In this document: positions 1 to 10,266 of the stretch, piece by piece
Numbering within the stretch: position 1 is the stretch's first letter
How the letters are laid out: each line of letters opens with the position of its first letter
Source: an uncultured Planctomycetaceae bacterium
GTDB lineage: Bacteria > Planctomycetota > Planctomycetia > Planctomycetales > Planctomycetaceae
Reading direction: 5' to 3'
Assembly: GCA_963813715.1 (NCBI GenBank)
Contig: CAWFAK010000012.1
Location: 256,001-320,000 of the forward strand
DNA length: 64,000 bases
The notes under the pieces: generated by a model
Told to the model about the DNA's origin: nothing
Seen by the model: only the letters and a program-made list of their open reading frames with translations
Database searches by the model: none
Made by a program: the position numbers and the translations under genes

Positions 1-203
1 ACCGCCGAGCGGGCCAAGAGCAGCACGTCATCGACGACGTGAAACACGCCGCACGCCGAGCGCTTGAGATTGGCGTATGTCTGCGACGTTTGAAACGGAC
101 GCAGCCGGAGCTTCGTCAGAGACTCATCGACAATCGGCCCCATCGGGGCGACATGCACGGCTCCGCCCGGGTCGAGTGTGGTGACGAGGCCCTCGAGGAT
201 CAT
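1..203 (-). CDS. DUF447 family protein (associated with H4MPT/C1-transfer genes), 5' part; runs off the window start
   Basis: Manual translation from ATG at 203: MILEGLVTTLDPGGAVHVAPMGPIVDESLTKLRLRPFQTSQTYANL... (APMG and RPF.TS.TY.NL motifs); close to mtd/fae. Confidence 0.75.
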   Translation of the reverse strand, partial: MILEGLVTTLDPGGAVHVAPMGPIVDESLTKLRLRPFQTSQTYANLKRSACGVFHVVDDVLLLARSA

Positions 204-241
204 GCCTGCAGTTTAGAGAGCCATTCCCAGCCCCAAAAGGC

Positions 242-1160
242 TTAGCGATCTTCCTTGATTCTGGACGGCAAGCTCCCGCTTCGGGGCTGGGCCTCGGTTG
301 AGTTCCCGCCTGCTAGTCCCGTCAAAACTTCTTTCAACCCGATTCGCCCTTTTCGTCTCCTCGTTTCGTCCTGCTCGAATTCGATCCATGCCTGGTTGAA
401 GCCGTCGAGCATTTGGATGCGCGGCCCCGGATATTTCATACCCTGCGACTTGAAAAGCTGTTCCCACGTTTGGCGAGGAACAGTCTTGGCCTGAACGGGG
501 TGGCTGAAGATTTCGGCGAACGTCGCGGCAATCTGGTTCGGAGTCACGCGAGTCGCCCCTTCGAGTTCGACAATCCGCCGGCCGGTCCAGGTTTCCTGGA
601 GCAGCTCCGCGGCAACACGTCCGACATCGGCCGTCGCAACCATTGGCACTGGTTTATCGAGCGGCTGCAAAAAGCTGGAGATCACACCGGTATCACGGGC
701 CGGTGCGACGTCCCAGGACGCATTTTCCATGAACCAGGCAGGTCGTAGGAAACACACCGGCATCGGCAGGGCGCCCAGCGACTGCTCCATCAAACCGAGC
801 TGACTGAGCAGATTCGGCTGCGTTGCCTGCGCCGATCGTCGAGAGACAGACGACTTTGGGTGGCTTCGCGGCCTCGATCGCCGTCGTCACGGTGGTGATG
901 ATGGCTTTGGCCTCGGGGAAGCCCGGCGTCGGGTCGAAGTTCGAGGGGAGCAGCACGAACACTCCGCTCACGCCGGTGAAGGCGGCGGTCAGCGCTGGGG
1001 CGTCATTGATGTCGGCAACGGCAACCTCGCAGCCGCGCTGCTTCCAGGCGGCGCCCTTGGCGGCGTCGCGCACGACGGCGCGAACGGACAGGCCAGCATT
1101 TTGTAGAGTGCGTCCGGTGACGCCGCCGACCCGCCCGGTAATTCCAGTAACTGCATACAT
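242..1160 (-). CDS. NmrA-family NAD(P)H-binding protein (atypical SDR), split by one frameshift near 825
   Basis: ORF 693..1160 (VTGITGRVG Rossmann motif) continues into ORF 242..793 (LRPAWFMEN, VATADVG). Confidence 0.85.
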
Positions 1161-1492
1161 GTTCGGTCTCCATTACTAACCGATCAGAAGTGCAGGATGT
1201 TTCAGCAGATCGCCAGGTGCCCTTCGATCTTATCCGGTGGGCGGAGGGGCGCTCCGCCTTTCGGAAGCCTCCGATGGGAATCTTCGGCGACGAGGTTGGT
1301 TGCGTCGAGTGGCATTTTGAGTTCAAAGCCGCGTGTCCTTTCATGACTCTCGTGGCCATGAAAATTCCCCGGCTTCCGCGGGGCGGAGGGCCCCGGCCAC
1401 TCCGGCGAAGACCGCCGGCGCGGACGCAATGCGGGGCGCGAGAGGAAGAGCGGGACGGACGCGCGAACGGTTGCGAGCGCCGCGAGCGCGGG

Positions 1493-4453
1493 CTAGCGGT
1501 TCAAACCGACGTAAAAGCTGAAGACCTGCGTGATGTCGGTCTGCTGCTTGACGACGGGGACGGCGAAGTCGAACGCCAGGGGCACGGGGCCGAGCATCGG
1601 CAGGGCGACGCGGAAGCCGGCGCCCACGCTGCAGCGGAATCCGCCCAACGTCACGCCGTCTTCGACGGTGCCGAAGTCGCTGAACGTGACGAGAGAAACC
1701 ATGCTGTTGGCCAAGAGCGGCACCTGGTACTCGAGGGTGCCGACCGCCATGAATTGGCCGCCGATGTAGACGTTCTGGTTCGACTCGGCCACGGGGCTGA
1801 CGCCGCGGAAGGCGAAGCCGCGGAAGCTCTGGAAACCGCCGGCAAAGAACCGCTCGAAGATCGGCGTGTTGTCGCCGGTCCAGCCGAGCATGCCTCCGAC
1901 GGTGAGGATCTGGCGACCGCCGCCATCGGGCCGCTGATAGAGCGTGAAATACTGGCGGCCGTCGAGCTCAGCCCGGGGATAGTTGAAGTCGCCGAATCCT
2001 TGCTCGTAAGAGGCCTCGACCTTGTGCCCTTCGCCGGGCATGAAAGGCATGTCCCGCGTGTCGTAGATGAGCGAGCCGCGGACCGTACTCAGAAGGTTGT
2101 CGCCCACGACGGCTTGGAGGATGGAAGGCGTGGGGACGGTCACGTCCTCGATCCGCACGCCTTCGACCCGCAACGCCGAGGTAAACGACCACTCGGGGCT
2201 GAGCTGCCGGCCGATGTTGATGCGGCCGCCGACGCGGTCTTCGGTCCAGTTCAGATAGTAACGCTGGAAGTAGTAAACGCTCGTGCCCAGCGTCCAGTTC
2301 GAGTGAAACACGTACGGGTCGGACCAGCTGATCGTGTAACGGCTGACCTCGGTGCCGGGCATGGCCTCGATGCGGAACCGCTGGCCGGCGCCGCGCCAGG
2401 CCGTGCCGTCGATGAGGTCCTCCCAGCTTTGCGGAGGACGGAACAGGTCGAAGTTTTGCTCTTCGAAAACGATCGAGCCGACGAGACCCGAACTACTGTT
2501 GACGCCGACGCCGAACATCAGCCGGCCCGTGCGAGCTTCTTTCAAATAATAGTCGAGGTCGATCTGACCGCCCGGATTGAGCTGGACGTTGGTGGCGTAG
2601 GGATCGCCCTGCGGCGAGGGGGCAAACAGGGGATTGGCGGGCGAACCGAACGGATCGGCGCCCGTCTGTCCGCGGATCACGACCGTGTCGGCCGTCCACT
2701 CGTCCTCCGGCGGAGGACACAGGTACGGATCGTGGTCGAAGAAATGGTCTTCCTCATCCTCCGGAGCCGCGCTGCCGCGAGCGACCGGTTGCTGCTGTGG
2801 CGGCGGCGGCACGCGGGGCACCAGTGGCAGGTTGCCGCCGACGATGTTGTCGCCGATCGGCCCCGACGGGTTGACCCACGATGTGTCGTCATCGTTGCCG
2901 CTTTGGCCGCGGAGATTGCTTTCCATCCGCTCGTAGTCGGCGGTGACGGGCGTCATCTTGATGCGGACGCCTTCGCCTGTGCCGTCCTGCGCCACGTCGA
3001 ATACTTTGGCGCCGGTCAGCTTGCCCTTGCTCCTTTGAATCTTGGCGGGGTCGGCCAGTTCGCCGGGAGCCAGGCCAATGTAGTCATAGGCCACGGTCTT
3101 CCGCGTGCGGGAATGGTCCCCTTCGATGTGCACCGTGATCTTGCGAATCGTGTAAGTCCGGTCTTCGTCGACCCGCAACAACAGGTCGATGTTGCCCGGC
3201 TCGGGCAGATAGCGGGGGACGATCTCGACCTTGCAATACGTGTAGCCCAGCTCGCCGTACTTCTTCTTGATTTTGGCGATGTCTTTGTTGATGTGATAAG
3301 CGTTGTAGAACTCGCCCTCGTGGGTCTTGATGTCCTTTTGCAGGTCCGCCGTGGAGAACCGCGTGTTCCCCATGACGTTGATCGTGCGAATTCGGTAGTG
3401 CGGCCCCTCCTGCACGTGGAACAGGAGCTTGATCCACTTGTGGTCGGCTGAGTAGAGAACCTCGGGCGCGACCTTGGCGTCGAAATAGCCCAGGTTCTCG
3501 TAATACTTGCGGACCTTGGCACAGTCCTCGGGGAGCTTGGCCGGATCGAACTTGCCGCCGACGAAGCCGCCGTAAGCCGGCGTCGACACTAACTGCAGCG
3601 ACAAGAGTTCGCTCGAGAAGGCCTTGTTGCCCTCGAAGTCGCGCCACATGATCTTCTGCTTCACACCTTCGTGAATGCGGAAGAGGACGTCGCGATCGTC
3701 GCGTTTGCCGCCCTTTTCGAGGTCGACCGTCGCCTCCGAATAGCCCTGTTCCCGGTAGAAGCTCTCGATTTTCTTGGCCGCCTCGACGTTGGCGCTGGCG
3801 TCGAAGGGGCTGCCGACCTTGAGACCGGTGGCCTCTTCGAGCTTCTTGGTCTTGATCTCCAGGTTGCCCACGTACGCCACGCTGCGGACGATGGGCCGCT
3901 CGAAGACGACGAAGACGAGCACCTGCCCCTTCCCTTGTTTGGGCGGACGGTACCGGGTTTCGACGGTGTAAAACCAACCCGTCTTCCAAAGTGCGCGGAC
4001 GTCGTCCTGAATCGACTTGACCGAAGCTTTGCGGCCCGGAGCGACCTTCACCTTCTGCAAGATGGCCGGCGTGGGGATGGTTGCGTTTCCCTCGACCAGG
4101 ATCTCGCTGATGAATTCGCCTTCCTGCTCGGCCTGCCGCTTGGCGATGAGATCCCCGATCCGCCGATCTTCCTCGGCGGCGTTCGGGAGCGTCATCGAAT
4201 TCTTTTTACTGGCACCGTTGTTATTGCCCGGGGCCGCCTGCTGCCCGTTCTGCAGAAAGGCGCGATTGCTCATCGCGTCGGGGGGCGCCTGCGCATCGTC
4301 CTGAGCCTCGACCCTGGCCGACCCCGCCAGCAGCCCGACCAGCGCAAGCCCGGCCAGACACAGACCGCGGAATGCTCCGCGGACGGCCACGAGGCCGCAG
4401 GTGCCGGGTCGGACACCGGTCATGCGAGGGTTGCTTTCGAGTAGGAGGATCAC
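1493..4453 (-). CDS. bamA: Outer membrane protein assembly factor, BamA/Omp85 family (POTRA domains plus beta-barrel)
   Basis: POTRA repeats (I.V.GN..., Y...GY), FFAGGFQSFRGF motif, C-terminal GPVPLAFDFAVP...FSFYVG. Confidence 0.9.
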   Translation of the reverse strand: MILLLESNPRMTGVRPGTCGLVAVRGAFRGLCLAGLALVGLLAGSARVEAQDDAQAPPDAMSNRAFLQNGQQAAPGNNNGASKKNSMTLPNAAEEDRRIGDLIAKRQAEQEGEFISEILVEGNATIPTPAILQKVKVAPGRKASVKSIQDDVRALWKTGWFYTVETRYRPPKQGKGQVLVFVVFERPIVRSVAYVGNLEIKTKKLEEATGLKVGSPFDASANVEAAKKIESFYREQGYSEATVDLEKGGKRDDRDVLFRIHEGVKQKIMWRDFEGNKAFSSELLSLQLVSTPAYGGFVGGKFDPAKLPEDCAKVRKYYENLGYFDAKVAPEVLYSADHKWIKLLFHVQEGPHYRIRTINVMGNTRFSTADLQKDIKTHEGEFYNAYHINKDIAKIKKKYGELGYTYCKVEIVPRYLPEPGNIDLLLRVDEDRTYTIRKITVHIEGDHSRTRKTVAYDYIGLAPGELADPAKIQRSKGKLTGAKVFDVAQDGTGEGVRIKMTPVTADYERMESNLRGQSGNDDDTSWVNPSGPIGDNIVGGNLPLVPRVPPPPQQQPVARGSAAPEDEEDHFFDHDPYLCPPPEDEWTADTVVIRGQTGADPFGSPANPLFAPSPQGDPYATNVQLNPGGQIDLDYYLKEARTGRLMFGVGVNSSSGLVGSIVFEEQNFDLFRPPQSWEDLIDGTAWRGAGQRFRIEAMPGTEVSRYTISWSDPYVFHSNWTLGTSVYYFQRYYLNWTEDRVGGRINIGRQLSPEWSFTSALRVEGVRIEDVTVPTPSILQAVVGDNLLSTVRGSLIYDTRDMPFMPGEGHKVEASYEQGFGDFNYPRAELDGRQYFTLYQRPDGGGRQILTVGGMLGWTGDNTPIFERFFAGGFQSFRGFAFRGVSPVAESNQNVYIGGQFMAVGTLEYQVPLLANSMVSLVTFSDFGTVEDGVTLGGFRCSVGAGFRVALPMLGPVPLAFDFAVPVVKQQTDITQVFSFYVGLNR

Positions 4454-4699
4454 GAGGCCGAGACGTGCCTGTTTGCCTTTTGCGGTGTAACTTCCGGCGA
4501 AGAGCGGAGATGACTCTTCGAGACCGGCTCGAACACCGGGGAGACGGATCTATGGTGACATCGCACCGACTCCACCGGCCGCAGGGAGGCGGGGAAGAGA
4601 TATCGGATTCCCCCGATCCCAGCAAGACGAGTCTCGACTGCGGGAGCGGGGTGGAAGATGGGCGGGATGCGGCGCTGGGGAAACGAATTAATGACTAAG

Positions 4700-5569
4700 T
4701 CATTTCGTGCCCTGCAGCGCCTCCCCAGTCTGGTAGATGGCGACCGTGTCGAGCAGCTGGTCGTTGGCCTCGAACAGTTTGGCGAGACACGCTTTGTGGA
4801 TCTTCATCTTGGTGCCGCCGACCCCGATGGCGCCGTAGCAGATTGTGCCGTCGCGCTCGGCAGCTTTGTCGGTGACTTCGATCCCTTCGATGCCGGCCGG
4901 CGGAACCGCGTTGAGATCGATGGCCACTTTGAGCGCGGGGATCGCCCGCCGCTGTTCGGCCGTCAACAACCGGGCCCGCGTGGCGCCTGCCGCGATGATG
5001 AACTCCACGCCCGCGCAGGTCGCCACGACGTCGGACGGCGTGGCGGTCGACACGCCCGTGACGTGCGCGCCGGAGTGGGACGACGCCACCGAGGCGGCCG
5101 TCGCCTGCGCCCGTTCGAGCGAACGCGACGCCAAGCGCACTTTCGCCCCTTCGCGAACCAAGAGCTGCGCCGCGCGAACGCCCACCGGACCGGTGCCCCC
5201 CAGCACCAGGGCCGTGCGACCCTGCAGGCTGCCGTGCTTTCGCGCGGCCAACACGGCAGCGGCGGCCGTCGTGTTCGAGCCGTTCGAATCGATCATCACC
5301 GACACGCGGAGCGGCCCGAAGAAGGTGCCCGTCACCTTGTCGAAGAGTCGCTGGCCCGCCTCGACGTCGCTGCCGCCGATGTAGATCGCCGTGTGCTTCA
5401 AGTCGGCCGGGCCACGGGTGAAGATGGCCCCGTGCACGAGCGGCTCCACGCGGTCGGGCGTCATGCCGCCGTAGCTGAACAGCTCGTCGATCCCCGCGTC
5501 GACGGCGACGACGCGATCAAACACGCTCGGCACGGCGTCCGTGTCGAATTGAATCAGGATGCGGCGCAT
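4700..5569 (-). CDS. mtdC: NAD(P)-dependent methylene-tetrahydromethanopterin dehydrogenase (Mtd family; MtdC type expected in Planctomycetes)
   Basis: SVFDRVVAVDAG, GAIFTRGP, DSNGSNTTAAAAV, GGTGPVG and DLNAVPP motifs; directly downstream of fae. Confidence 0.85.
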   Translation of the reverse strand: MRRILIQFDTDAVPSVFDRVVAVDAGIDELFSYGGMTPDRVEPLVHGAIFTRGPADLKHTAIYIGGSDVEAGQRLFDKVTGTFFGPLRVSVMIDSNGSNTTAAAAVLAARKHGSLQGRTALVLGGTGPVGVRAAQLLVREGAKVRLASRSLERAQATAASVASSHSGAHVTGVSTATPSDVVATCAGVEFIIAAGATRARLLTAEQRRAIPALKVAIDLNAVPPAGIEGIEVTDKAAERDGTICYGAIGVGGTKMKIHKACLAKLFEANDQLLDTVAIYQTGEALQGTK

Positions 5570-5615
5570 GGAACGGGCTGCAGTGAGCCAGGAAGCGCTT
5601 CGAGCTTCGACGCCT

Positions 5616-6113
5616 TCAAACGCCCGAATACGGATGCTTGGCGGTTGCCTTCTTTTCCTGGATTTCCTTGGGCGTGGGCTCGTTCTTCATCGCGCGGGCG
5701 ATGGCCAGCTTCGTTGCCTCGTAATTGAATTGGAAGATCTTCTTGTTGTCGTCGGCTTCCCAGTGGATGAAGACGCCGCAGACGATCACCAGCGTGTCGC
5801 ACTGGTCCTTGGGAATCACGCCCGCCTCGACGCTGTCGGCCACGGCCTTGGCGACGGCATACTGGGCCGGTCCGAACATCTGCACCGCTTGCTTGGCGCC
5901 TTTGATCGTGACCTTGGTGATCATCACGGTGGCAGGCTTGACGAGCAGGTTGGGGGTGAGGACGGCCAGCAGGTTGCTGTGACCGGCACTTTGATTGGCC
6001 AGGGCATTGGCGAACGCGACGCCCACGGGGCCAGTCTTATCGCCGATCAACAGATCAATATGGGCGATCTCGTTGCCTTCGCCGCTGAGGGCTTCTCCGA
6101 TGTACATCGACAT
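5616..6113 (-). CDS. fae: Formaldehyde-activating enzyme
   Basis: ATG at 6113 after GAGGAG; IGEALSGEGNEIAHIDLLIG, QMFGPAQYAVAKAVAD, VFIHWEA, NYEATK. Confidence 0.95.
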   Translation of the reverse strand: MSMYIGEALSGEGNEIAHIDLLIGDKTGPVGVAFANALANQSAGHSNLLAVLTPNLLVKPATVMITKVTIKGAKQAVQMFGPAQYAVAKAVADSVEAGVIPKDQCDTLVIVCGVFIHWEADDNKKIFQFNYEATKLAIARAMKNEPTPKEIQEKKATAKHPYSGV

Positions 6114-6335
6114 GCTGCCGTTCTCCTCAAATGGTGTTCTGCGAACTGTGGGCTGGGTTCCGACGAACCCGCACGCGGTCGAGCCGGCGGGATCGCAGTT
6201 CTCGAAACCGCGACCGGCAATCCGCAACCGCCTGTCCGGCTGGCACCGCATTGATAACGCGCCGGGTGGCCAAATTCCAGTTCGCTGTGCGCCGCCGCGG
6301 CTGCCGCGCATGATGCCCTCTGAAAGCGCGCACGC

Positions 6336-7610
6336 ATGACGACGCCACGCCTGATGATCCTGGGAGCCAGCACACGAGCCGCGGCCCAATCGGCCGTGCG
6401 AGCCGGTTTTCAGCCCGTCTGCGCCGATCACTTCGCCGACGAGGACTTGTTCGAGGTGGCTGAAGTCCTGCCGCTGTCCGACTATCCGCACGGTCTGCTC
6501 GCCTCGGCCGCTCACGAGCCCACGAACGCGGCCGGCGCGGTGACGCCTTGGATGTACACGGGCGCGCTCGAGAATCATCCCGGGCTGCTAAGAAAATTGG
6601 CCGCGCAGCGACCACTGTACGGCAATCCAGCCGACGTCGTCGCTCGCGTGCGGGATCCGTTCGCCGTCGCCGGTGTTTTGACGGAGGCTGGGCTTCCCGC
6701 GCTGGCAGTTCGACCGGCAGATCGACCGCCGCCGCGCGACGGCCGTTGGGTGATCAAGCCCCGACGCAGCGCGGGAGGACGGGGGATTTTTGTCTGGGAT
6801 GAATCGAGCTCCGACCCTGCGTCGCCGCCTCGCCGCGAGCCGGTTTATTTTCAGCAGCGCGCGGAGGGAACGCCGCACTCCGCCCTCTACCTCGCAACAT
6901 CCGGCGGAACGGTGCTCGTGGGCATCGCCCGCCAGCTGATCGGCGAGTCGCGGCTCTCCGCTCGCCCGTTTGCCTACTGCGGTTCGATTGGCCCGCTTGA
7001 GGTGGCCGAGCCGCTTTGGCAGGAAATGGCCGAGTGTGGGCGGCTCATCGGCCGGGCATTCGGGCTGCGGGGCCTGTTCGGCATCGACTTCATCCTCGAC
7101 GAAGCGGGCCGAGCGCGGCTGACGGAGGTCAATCCCCGCTATACGGCGTCGATCGAGGTCTTTGAAATGGCCCTCGGCTTGTCCCTGCTCACCGATCACG
7201 TGCGGGCGGCTGCCCAATTTACCAACGAAAACCGTTCATGCCAGCTTGCCGACGACCTGCAAGCGCGGCTCGAAACTGCCCGCCGGTCGAGCGGCGGCCG
7301 AATGTGCGGCAAGGCCATCGTCTACGCGCCGTTTACCCTGCGGGCCCCGAGCCTGGCCGACTTGAGCCGCACGCCCGCCTGGTCGGCCACCCGGGCTCGA
7401 CTCGCCGACCGGCCCTCTCCAGGGACGCTCGTGCCGGCCGGCGCCCCGTTTTGCACTGTCTTAATTACCTTAATCGAAACGGGCTTAATCGAAACAGGCG
7501 ACACGACGGCAAAACCGGCGGCCGCACCGCTGGCCCCGCTCGAACCGGCCCTGTCATGGTTAGAAGCCGAGTTGGAGCCGTGTCGGGAGACGTCGGTCGG
7601 TTCGTATTAG
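6336..7610 (+). CDS. ATP-grasp domain protein (type found in methanopterin/C1 clusters)
   Basis: GASTRAAAQSA, KPRRSAGGRG, GLFGIDF and EVNPRYTAS motifs; divergent from fae. Confidence 0.8.
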   Translation: MTTPRLMILGASTRAAAQSAVRAGFQPVCADHFADEDLFEVAEVLPLSDYPHGLLASAAHEPTNAAGAVTPWMYTGALENHPGLLRKLAAQRPLYGNPADVVARVRDPFAVAGVLTEAGLPALAVRPADRPPPRDGRWVIKPRRSAGGRGIFVWDESSSDPASPPRREPVYFQQRAEGTPHSALYLATSGGTVLVGIARQLIGESRLSARPFAYCGSIGPLEVAEPLWQEMAECGRLIGRAFGLRGLFGIDFILDEAGRARLTEVNPRYTASIEVFEMALGLSLLTDHVRAAAQFTNENRSCQLADDLQARLETARRSSGGRMCGKAIVYAPFTLRAPSLADLSRTPAWSATRARLADRPSPGTLVPAGAPFCTVLITLIETGLIETGDTTAKPAAAPLAPLEPALSWLEAELEPCRETSVGSY

Positions 7611-7746
7611 AGGGCAATCTGAGCCGGGGATCGCCGTCCCAAGGGGCCGCTTGCGATTCTTCTTGATGGTATGGTGAGGGGCCGATAGAATCGCTTCAAA
7701 TTCAAGGGATCCCGCCCAAACTTCCGAGCCACAACCGCGCGAGGCC

Positions 7747-9099
7747 ATGTCGAAGCCGTCCGACATCCAGATCGTTGAAGCCGTTCTGAGCTTTGAATCG
7801 GTCCCCTATCGCACTCCGTTGAAGTTTGGCGGGCGGACCGTTGACCACGCGATTCTGGTCAACGTCGAAGTCTCCGCGGAAAGTCGCCGCGGCCACGGCG
7901 CCTCCGGTTTCGGCACCATGCCCCTGGGCAGCGCGTGGGCCTGGCCCAGCACCTCCCTCTCGGTCGAGCAGACCGAAGACGCGATGCAGAAGTTCGCGGA
8001 GGACGTGATCGAGCTGGCCAACGGCTATCCCGACTTCGGCCACCCGATCGAAATCGCCTATTCGCTCTCCGCCGAATACCCGCACGTGGCCAAAACGCTG
8101 GCGCAACGGCTCAAGCTGTCCGAAGAGATGCCGCTGTTGGCTCAACTCGTCGCCGCGAGCGCGTTCGACGCCGCCCTGCACGACGCCTTCGGCCGCGCCA
8201 ACGACATGAACTCGTACGACGGACTGTCGTCGAAGCACATGAACGACGATCTGTCGATCTACCTCGACGACCAGTTCAAGGGCGAGTATCTCGACAAGTA
8301 CACGCTGCGACAGCCGAAGCCGACCTTGCCGCTCTACCACCTGGTCGGGGCGCTCGATCCGCTCACCGCGGCCGAGGTGAAGCAGCCGCTCAAGGACGGA
8401 CTGCCCGAATCGTTAAGCGATTGGATCAAGGCCGACGGGCTGACGCATCTGAAGATCAAGCTGGCCGGCGACGATTTGAACTGGGACGTCGAGCGGACCC
8501 TGGCCGTCGATCGCGTCGCCACGGAGGCGGCCTCTGCCAAGGGCAAGTCGGCGCTCTCGTATTCGTGCGACTTCAACGAGAAGTGCCCGAACGCGGCCTA
8601 CGTGGTCGATTTCCTCAACCGCATCAAAAAGCAGAATGCGGCCGCCTTCGATCGCATCCAGTACCTCGAACAGCCGACGCACCGCAACCTGCGCGAGCAC
8701 CCGAACGATAAAATGCACGACGCGGCGAAGCTCAAGCCCGTCGTGATCGACGAATCGCTGGTCGACTACGAATCGCTGACATTGGCCCGCGACATGGGCT
8801 ATAGCGGCGTGGCCCTCAAAACGTGCAAGGGGCAGACCGATTCGTTGCTGCTGGCCGCCGCCGCGCAGAAGTTCGGCATGTTCGTCTGCGTGCAGGACCT
8901 CACCTGCCCAGGCGCGTCGTTCCTGCAGTCAGCCTCGCTCGCGGCCCGCATCCCCACGGTGGCCGCCGTCGAAGGCAACAGCCGGCAGTACTGCCCGCAA
9001 GCCAACAAGCTGTGGGCCAAAAAGTATCCCGGCCTCTTCAAAGTCACCGACGGCCAGGTGACCACCGGCGCGCTCAACAAGATCGGCCTGGGATTCTGA
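7747..9099 (+). CDS. Enolase-superfamily protein (mandelate racemase/muconate lactonizing type)
   Basis: LKIKL (KxK), DFNE, EQP and DES metal-ligand motifs. Confidence 0.85.
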   Translation: MSKPSDIQIVEAVLSFESVPYRTPLKFGGRTVDHAILVNVEVSAESRRGHGASGFGTMPLGSAWAWPSTSLSVEQTEDAMQKFAEDVIELANGYPDFGHPIEIAYSLSAEYPHVAKTLAQRLKLSEEMPLLAQLVAASAFDAALHDAFGRANDMNSYDGLSSKHMNDDLSIYLDDQFKGEYLDKYTLRQPKPTLPLYHLVGALDPLTAAEVKQPLKDGLPESLSDWIKADGLTHLKIKLAGDDLNWDVERTLAVDRVATEAASAKGKSALSYSCDFNEKCPNAAYVVDFLNRIKKQNAAAFDRIQYLEQPTHRNLREHPNDKMHDAAKLKPVVIDESLVDYESLTLARDMGYSGVALKTCKGQTDSLLLAAAAQKFGMFVCVQDLTCPGASFLQSASLAARIPTVAAVEGNSRQYCPQANKLWAKKYPGLFKVTDGQVTTGALNKIGLGF

Positions 9100-9116
9100 G
9101 GTCTCTCGTCAGCTCG

Positions 9117-9199
9117 GGGTGGCACTGGCGGCTTGCCGCCAGTGCGCTTTCTCGAAAACCGCGAAGACAACACTGGCGGACAAGCCGCCAGTGCCACCC
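9117..9199. repeat. REP-like palindromic doublet (family A)
   Basis: GGGTGGCACTGGCGGCTTGCCGCCAGTG (9117-9144) and inverted CACTGGCGGACAAGCCGCCAGTGCCACCC (9171-9199), between convergent genes; recurs at 13457 and 52713. Confidence 0.85.
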
Positions 9200-9251
9200 A
9201 TCGATTTGACCGGCCGATTCCACCCACCGCAATTGACGCGGCAGCTTGGCT

Positions 9252-9962
9252 CTACCAGGGTCCGCGCGTTTGCAGCGACTGGATGTTCGAGAACGCCAGC
9301 AGCGCGAACAAGAGCGCCGGATACATCCCGTACTGTTCGCGGTGCTGCCAGCCGTAAAAAGCCACACCGCCGGCGACAATCACACTCAGCATGGCGGCCA
9401 AGCGTGCACCGTCCCAAGGTCGAAAGCGTCTGAAGAGCGCTTCCGAGATGCGCCCGCCGTCAAGCGGCAGCACCGGCAGCAAGTTTACCAGACCCCACCA
9501 CAGGTTGATGAACTCCATGAAGTCGAAAAATGCCAGTAGCCGGATCTGCCAGAGGGGTTCGAGCGTCTGCGGCCATCCGGAGGCAATCAGGGCGGACGCG
9601 GCAACGTAGACCAACCCATATAAGAGGAATCCCGCGCCCGGCCCGGCAAACGAGATCAATACTGAGCGCCCCGTCGTGTGGCCGGACGTGGGACGGTAAA
9701 CGGCCAAGCCGCCGAAGCCATACAAGTAAACCTGGGGTGGCCAGCCGCAGGCGAGTGCCGTCAGCGCGTGACCCATCTCGTGCACGAGGATCGACACAAA
9801 CAGACAGCCGATCCAGATGAATAGCAGACTGATCCGGTCTTCGCTGTTCTCATGCCAGCCAGTGATCAGCCCGGCCAGCCAGAACCAGGGCGTCACGGCG
9901 ACGGGAATGCCGAACAGGCGAAATCGCAGGTCGTAGGGGGTCGTCCCGACCGATCCGAACAT
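9252..9962 (-). CDS. Site-2 protease (M50 family metallopeptidase)
   Basis: HEMGH, AGP and NLLPVLPLDGG motifs; multiple hydrophobic segments. Confidence 0.92.
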   Translation of the reverse strand: MFGSVGTTPYDLRFRLFGIPVAVTPWFWLAGLITGWHENSEDRISLLFIWIGCLFVSILVHEMGHALTALACGWPPQVYLYGFGGLAVYRPTSGHTTGRSVLISFAGPGAGFLLYGLVYVAASALIASGWPQTLEPLWQIRLLAFFDFMEFINLWWGLVNLLPVLPLDGGRISEALFRRFRPWDGARLAAMLSVIVAGGVAFYGWQHREQYGMYPALLFALLAFSNIQSLQTRGPW

Positions 9963-10034
9963 GTCGCGTCAACTTCCTGCTCTGACCGCCTCAATTGGTC
10001 GCGTTTGCCGTGCGGGTCGGCCGGCGTTCGGGGA

Positions 10035-10062
10035 TTGACCCATTCGCCCGACCGACTAGGAT
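10035..10062 (+). promoter_or_regulatory. Putative sigma70-type promoter for the retron transcript
   Basis: TTGACC (10035-10040), 16-nt spacer, TAGGAT (10057-10062); would start transcription just before the inverted repeat at 10071. Confidence 0.55.
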
Positions 10063-10070
10063 ATGCACAA

Positions 10071-10247
10071 CGTGGCCGGCCGGTCGCACAAGCTCGGTTC
10101 GCTTCGCCTTAACCGGCGTTGCGAACGCTGCGGGGTTACCCCGTGGTCGCAACATTGTATCCATTTCGTGGCGTGAATGACCTCCTCGGCAGACCATACC
10201 GAGTAGGACATTCGGCACAGGACCCGTTGTGCAGCCCGCCGGCCATG
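10071..10247 (+). ncRNA. Putative retron msr-msd non-coding RNA
   Basis: 21-bp terminal inverted repeat 10071-10091/10227-10247 (17 WC, 2 GU, 2 mismatches); unpaired G at 10092; hairpins 10095-10115 and 10118-10153; long hairpin 10175-10213; directly upstream of a retron-type RT. Confidence 0.75.
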
Positions 10248-10266
10248 CTCTTTGGATCCCCCCCGC

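Noticed and set aside
1200..1430. Small ORF or structured RNA between bamA and the nmrA-like gene
   Set aside because: Only short hairpins and ORFs that are not protein-like; no recognisable family
10064..10233. Alternative pairing TGCACAACG / CGTTGTGCA as the retron a1/a2 stem
   Set aside because: Only 9 bp and partly upstream of the predicted transcription start; the 21-bp stem fits better, though an alternative fold is possible
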